DNA from: Candidatus Sulfobium mesophilum
GTDB lineage: Bacteria; Nitrospirota; Thermodesulfovibrionia; Thermodesulfovibrionales; UBA6898
Assembly (NCBI GenBank): GCA_037916395.1
Contig: JBAIXS010000353.1
Coordinates: 1 to 39,747, forward strand
DNA: 39,747 nt
Direction of reading: 5' to 3'
The position numbers and the translations under genes were made by a program. Below are positions 36,445-39,747 of this stretch, piece after piece; position 1 is the stretch's first letter; each line of letters begins with the position of its first letter. The notes under the pieces are model-generated. The model had not been told where the DNA came from. It was given only the letters and a program-made list of their open reading frames with translations, and searched no databases.

Positions 36445-38124
36445 ATGAAGACTGGCAGGCTTGTCGAAGATATAAAGACAAAGAATGATATCGTAGACTT
36501 CATATCCTCTTATGTGCAGTTGAAAAAGTCGGGACAGAACTGGAAAGGCAACTGTCCATTTCATTCGGAAAAGACGCCCTCTTTTATGGTGAGCCCATCA
36601 AAACAGATATTCCACTGTTTCGGTTGCGGGGCAGGCGGAGATATTATAACGTTTGTCATGAAACATGAAAATATTTCTTTCCAGGAAGCCGTGATACTGC
36701 TTGCAAAAAGAGCAGGTCTGCCACTGCCATCAGAGGTAACTGACAAAAGAGCATTCCAGAAATACGACAGGTTGCGAGACGTACTCTCTGAGGCGGGCAG
36801 ATATTATGCGATGAAATTGAAGGCGTCTGCCCAGGCGATGGCGTATTTAAGAGACAGGGGTATTAACGCCGGCTCCATAGAGACCTTCGGAATAGGATTC
36901 GCTCCTGCAGGATGGGACAACCTTTTGAAGCATCTTCGCGCAAACGGCTGCAGTGATTCTCTTATAAAGGAGGCCGGGCTAGCAGTGCAGGGGAATAAGG
37001 GTCTGTATGATATGTTCAGGCAAAGGATCATTTTCCCGATAACTGGCATGAGCGGCGGCGTCATCGCTTTCGGAGGAAGGGCGCTTGACGATTCTACACC
37101 GAAGTATATCAATTCTCCTGAAACTGCCGTTTTTAAAAAATCCGATTCTCTATTCGGCCTTTCTGCCGCCAAGGATGATATAAGAAAACACGGGAGTGTC
37201 ATCGTTGTCGAAGGATATATGGACGTCATTATTTGTCATCAGTATGGTTTTAAACAGGCCGTGGCGCCGCTTGGTACGGCCCTTACATCAGGGCATATCC
37301 AGAAACTGAGAACCCTCAGTGGGAAGCCTGTGCTGGTGTTTGACGGAGATGCGGCGGGCAGGAGCGCAGCGCGGCGCGCGCTGGCTCTTATGTGCACTCA
37401 TAACTATACTGCGAAGGTCCTGCTGCTGCCGGATGGCGAAGATCCTGACAGCTACCTGAGGAAATACGGGGCGGAAGCATTCGGTAGGCTGTTCGGTCAG
37501 GCAAAAAATGTGGTTGATTTTCTTTTCAGCGTTTCCGGTGGAGAAAAAATTGAAGTAGTACGGGAGGCATTGACTCTGATATCCGGTGTTAAAGATTTGC
37601 TTTCCGCCGGTGAGATGCTCAGGGAGCTCGCCGAAAGAGCCGGCATAAGCGAATCGTCTATCAGGGAGGAATTCAAGAGGATAAAGGAAGTGAACGCACC
37701 TTCAGTGCGCGCATCCCGTCGCACCTTTTCCTGTGAGAGAAAAAGCGAGGAACATCTGCTCTTGAGTGCGGCAATCTCCTTTCCCGAAAAGTCCGATTAC
37801 ATTCTTTCGAGGCTTGACATGAGCGACATTAAAGACGGTGTTATCGCCTCATTGTTCAGGAAGATCGCCTCTCTTGGTGAGGCCTGGGGAACAGCGCAGA
37901 TTCTTGAGATTGCAGATGATGAGGAACGAAAAATGGTTACGAGATATTCGTTGGAACCCGGTTTTGATCCGGAGCAGGTCGACAAGAGCATAGACGGGTG
38001 TTTCAGGAGGATCGAGGAGAGGAAACTCAGTGAGAGACTGCGTCTTGCGCAGACCTCAGGAGACGCTGTTCTTGCAAATTCTCTTCTGATCGAGAAGAGA
38101 TCTTTAGAGGATAGAGGGTTATGA
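36445..38124 (+). CDS. dnaG: DNA primase
   Basis: CPFH.EKTPSF..CFGC zinc finger, [27 protein letters not shown]. Confidence 0.97.
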   Translation: MKTGRLVEDIKTKNDIVDFISSYVQLKKSGQNWKGNCPFHSEKTPSFMVSPSKQIFHCFGCGAGGDIITFVMKHENISFQEAVILLAKRAGLPLPSEVTDKRAFQKYDRLRDVLSEAGRYYAMKLKASAQAMAYLRDRGINAGSIETFGIGFAPAGWDNLLKHLRANGCSDSLIKEAGLAVQGNKGLYDMFRQRIIFPITGMSGGVIAFGGRALDDSTPKYINSPETAVFKKSDSLFGLSAAKDDIRKHGSVIVVEGYMDVIICHQYGFKQAVAPLGTALTSGHIQKLRTLSGKPVLVFDGDAAGRSAARRALALMCTHNYTAKVLLLPDGEDPDSYLRKYGAEAFGRLFGQAKNVVDFLFSVSGGEKIEVVREALTLISGVKDLLSAGEMLRELAERAGISESSIREEFKRIKEVNAPSVRASRRTFSCERKSEEHLLLSAAISFPEKSDYILSRLDMSDIKDGVIASLFRKIASLGEAWGTAQILEIADDEERKMVTRYSLEPGFDPEQVDKSIDGCFRRIEERKLSERLRLAQTSGDAVLANSLLIEKRSLEDRGL

Positions 38125-39701
38125 AAGAGCAAGAGGACTATTTCGAAGATTACGAGGAAGAGGAGCCTCAGGTCAGCGAATTTGAAGAGGAATATGAGGA
38201 AGAAGCTGAAACAGTAGAAGATACTAATCATAGGGAATCAGCCTTCCTGGAAGGAGACCAGGACCCGATAAGGATTTACCTGAAGGAAATGGGAGGCGTG
38301 CCTTTGCTGACCAAAGAGGGCGAGGTCGAGATTGCCAAGGAGATAGAGAAGGGAAAAGAGAAGGTCGCCAGAGTAATATTTTCTCTTCCTTTCGTCTTAA
38401 GCAAGCTGGTTACACTTGGGGAAATGGTGGAGGCCGGCGAGGCGCCCCTGGAGGAGATAATACAAAACGGCGAGGACGAAGCAGAGGAGGACCTCATCCT
38501 GGAAAGGAAGGAGTTTTCAAAGAGCGCCCTGCAGTTGAAACCGCTTTGTGACTCAAGGAAGATGCTTCTTAGAAGCCGAAGGGAGACAGGCGGCGCTTCC
38601 AGTGAAAAGGAAGAAAAGGCCCTGACGGACAATCTGGAACAAATCCTTGACCTTGTATGGCAGCTAAAATTAAAGGACGATGTAATTCTTGCCTTTTCGG
38701 ATGAGATAAAAAGAGCGCTTGCCGACATCGAGGGAATTCATGTGAAGATGTCTGCGGCCCGGGAGAAGGCAAGGTCATCGGGTCTTGATATTGAAAATGT
38801 TCGGGATCTGTCAAAGTTTAATGATAAAACGGTTTCTCAAGATATTGCCGGCGTTCTTGCTGAATTGACGGTTTTCACGGCAGAAATCGAAAAAAAGGAA
38901 AGTTTCCTGGACATAAACTATAGCGAAATCGGCAAAACAGCGGCGATTTTGGAGGAAGGCGAGAAGGAGATAAGGGAGGCAAAAAACGCCTTGATAGAGG
39001 CCAACCTCAGGCTTGTGATTAGCATTGTAAAGAAACATCTTGGCAGAGGACTTGGGTTTTCTGACTTGATTCAGGAGGGCAACGTTGGCCTGATGAAGGC
39101 TGTTGATAAATTCGAATATAAGCGGGGATATAAGTTCAGTACTTATGCCACATGGTGGATAAGACAGGCCATTACCAGGGCCATTGCTGAACAGTCCAGA
39201 ACGATCAGGATCCCGGTACACATGGTCGAGGCAGTCAACAGGATGGTGAAAGCGATACAGGAACTTGTTCAGGAAAAGGGGCGGGAGCCATTGACTGAAG
39301 AAATCGCTGAAAAGATGAAGATACCGGTGGAAAAAGTGCGGGTTATGCTTAAGATTTCGAAGGAGCCCATTTCCCTGGAGACTCCGATTGGGGAAGACGA
39401 AGACAGCCATATACGGGATTTTATCGAAGATAAATCGGTGTTGTCTCCTCTGGATATCGCAATGCAGGGTGACATGAAAAAAAATATAGATAAAGCTCTT
39501 TCGTCTCTGACTGCCCGCGAACAGAGCATTATAAGGAAGAGGTTCGGTCTCGGAGAGGACTCCCCCCATACCCTGGAAGAGGTTGGGCTTGAATTTGATG
39601 TGACCCGTGAAAGGGTGAGACAGATTGAAGTGAAGGCTATCAGGAAGTTGCGGCACCCCTCCAGAAGCAAGTGGCTCAGGACGTTCATCGAGAGTTCTTG
39701 A
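38121..39701 (+). CDS. rpoD: RpoD-family sigma70 factor
   Basis: [11 protein letters not shown] (region 1.2), long non-conserved region, [40 protein letters not shown]; ATGA overlap with dnaG. Confidence 0.92.
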   Translation: MKEQEDYFEDYEEEEPQVSEFEEEYEEEAETVEDTNHRESAFLEGDQDPIRIYLKEMGGVPLLTKEGEVEIAKEIEKGKEKVARVIFSLPFVLSKLVTLGEMVEAGEAPLEEIIQNGEDEAEEDLILERKEFSKSALQLKPLCDSRKMLLRSRRETGGASSEKEEKALTDNLEQILDLVWQLKLKDDVILAFSDEIKRALADIEGIHVKMSAAREKARSSGLDIENVRDLSKFNDKTVSQDIAGVLAELTVFTAEIEKKESFLDINYSEIGKTAAILEEGEKEIREAKNALIEANLRLVISIVKKHLGRGLGFSDLIQEGNVGLMKAVDKFEYKRGYKFSTYATWWIRQAITRAIAEQSRTIRIPVHMVEAVNRMVKAIQELVQEKGREPLTEEIAEKMKIPVEKVRVMLKISKEPISLETPIGEDEDSHIRDFIEDKSVLSPLDIAMQGDMKKNIDKALSSLTAREQSIIRKRFGLGEDSPHTLEEVGLEFDVTRERVRQIEVKAIRKLRHPSRSKWLRTFIESS

Positions 39702-39747
39702 CTTAAGGAAGTCTTGCATTTATAGTAATAAGCTACGGATTTTTTTC

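Noticed and set aside
38811-39719. 302-aa antisense ORF over rpoD, and the many other shadow ORFs in the track
   Set aside because: They lie wholly within well-supported genes on the opposite strand or frame and show no recognisable motifs.
39702-39747. tRNA or promoter downstream of rpoD
   Set aside because: Only 46 nt visible; a TTGCAT is present but nothing can be supported.

Overview
About 40 kb of chromosomal DNA (roughly 49% GC by eye), most consistent with an anaerobic Nitrospirota (Thermodesulfovibrionia-like) or deltaproteobacterial-type genome; that taxonomy is inference from gene content and style. Housekeeping content: groES-groEL with a perfect CIRCE, a complete 14-gene nuoA-N Complex I operon, typA, ntrB/ntrC, and rpsU-yqeY-dnaG-rpoD. 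The notable part is a ~12.7 kb minus-strand cluster (3542-16269) transcribed divergently from nuoA. It encodes a heme-c-motif sensor kinase, four related receiver domains (one fused to a lysine-less GcvH-like domain, one fused to a NuoE [2Fe-2S] subunit) and a sigma54 promoter. It also encodes a second NuoEFG-like module whose flavin subunit has electron-bifurcation (HydB-type) signatures but no recognisable catalytic partner. This is followed by a DRTGG/RsbT-like kinase/DRTGG/PHP/HATPase cassette of the kind usually seen beside bifurcating [FeFe]-hydrogenases. Working hypothesis: a redox-sensing, phosphorylation-controlled alternative electron-input module for Complex I, or an orphan bifurcating complex. 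No rRNA, tRNA, CRISPR or transposase was seen.
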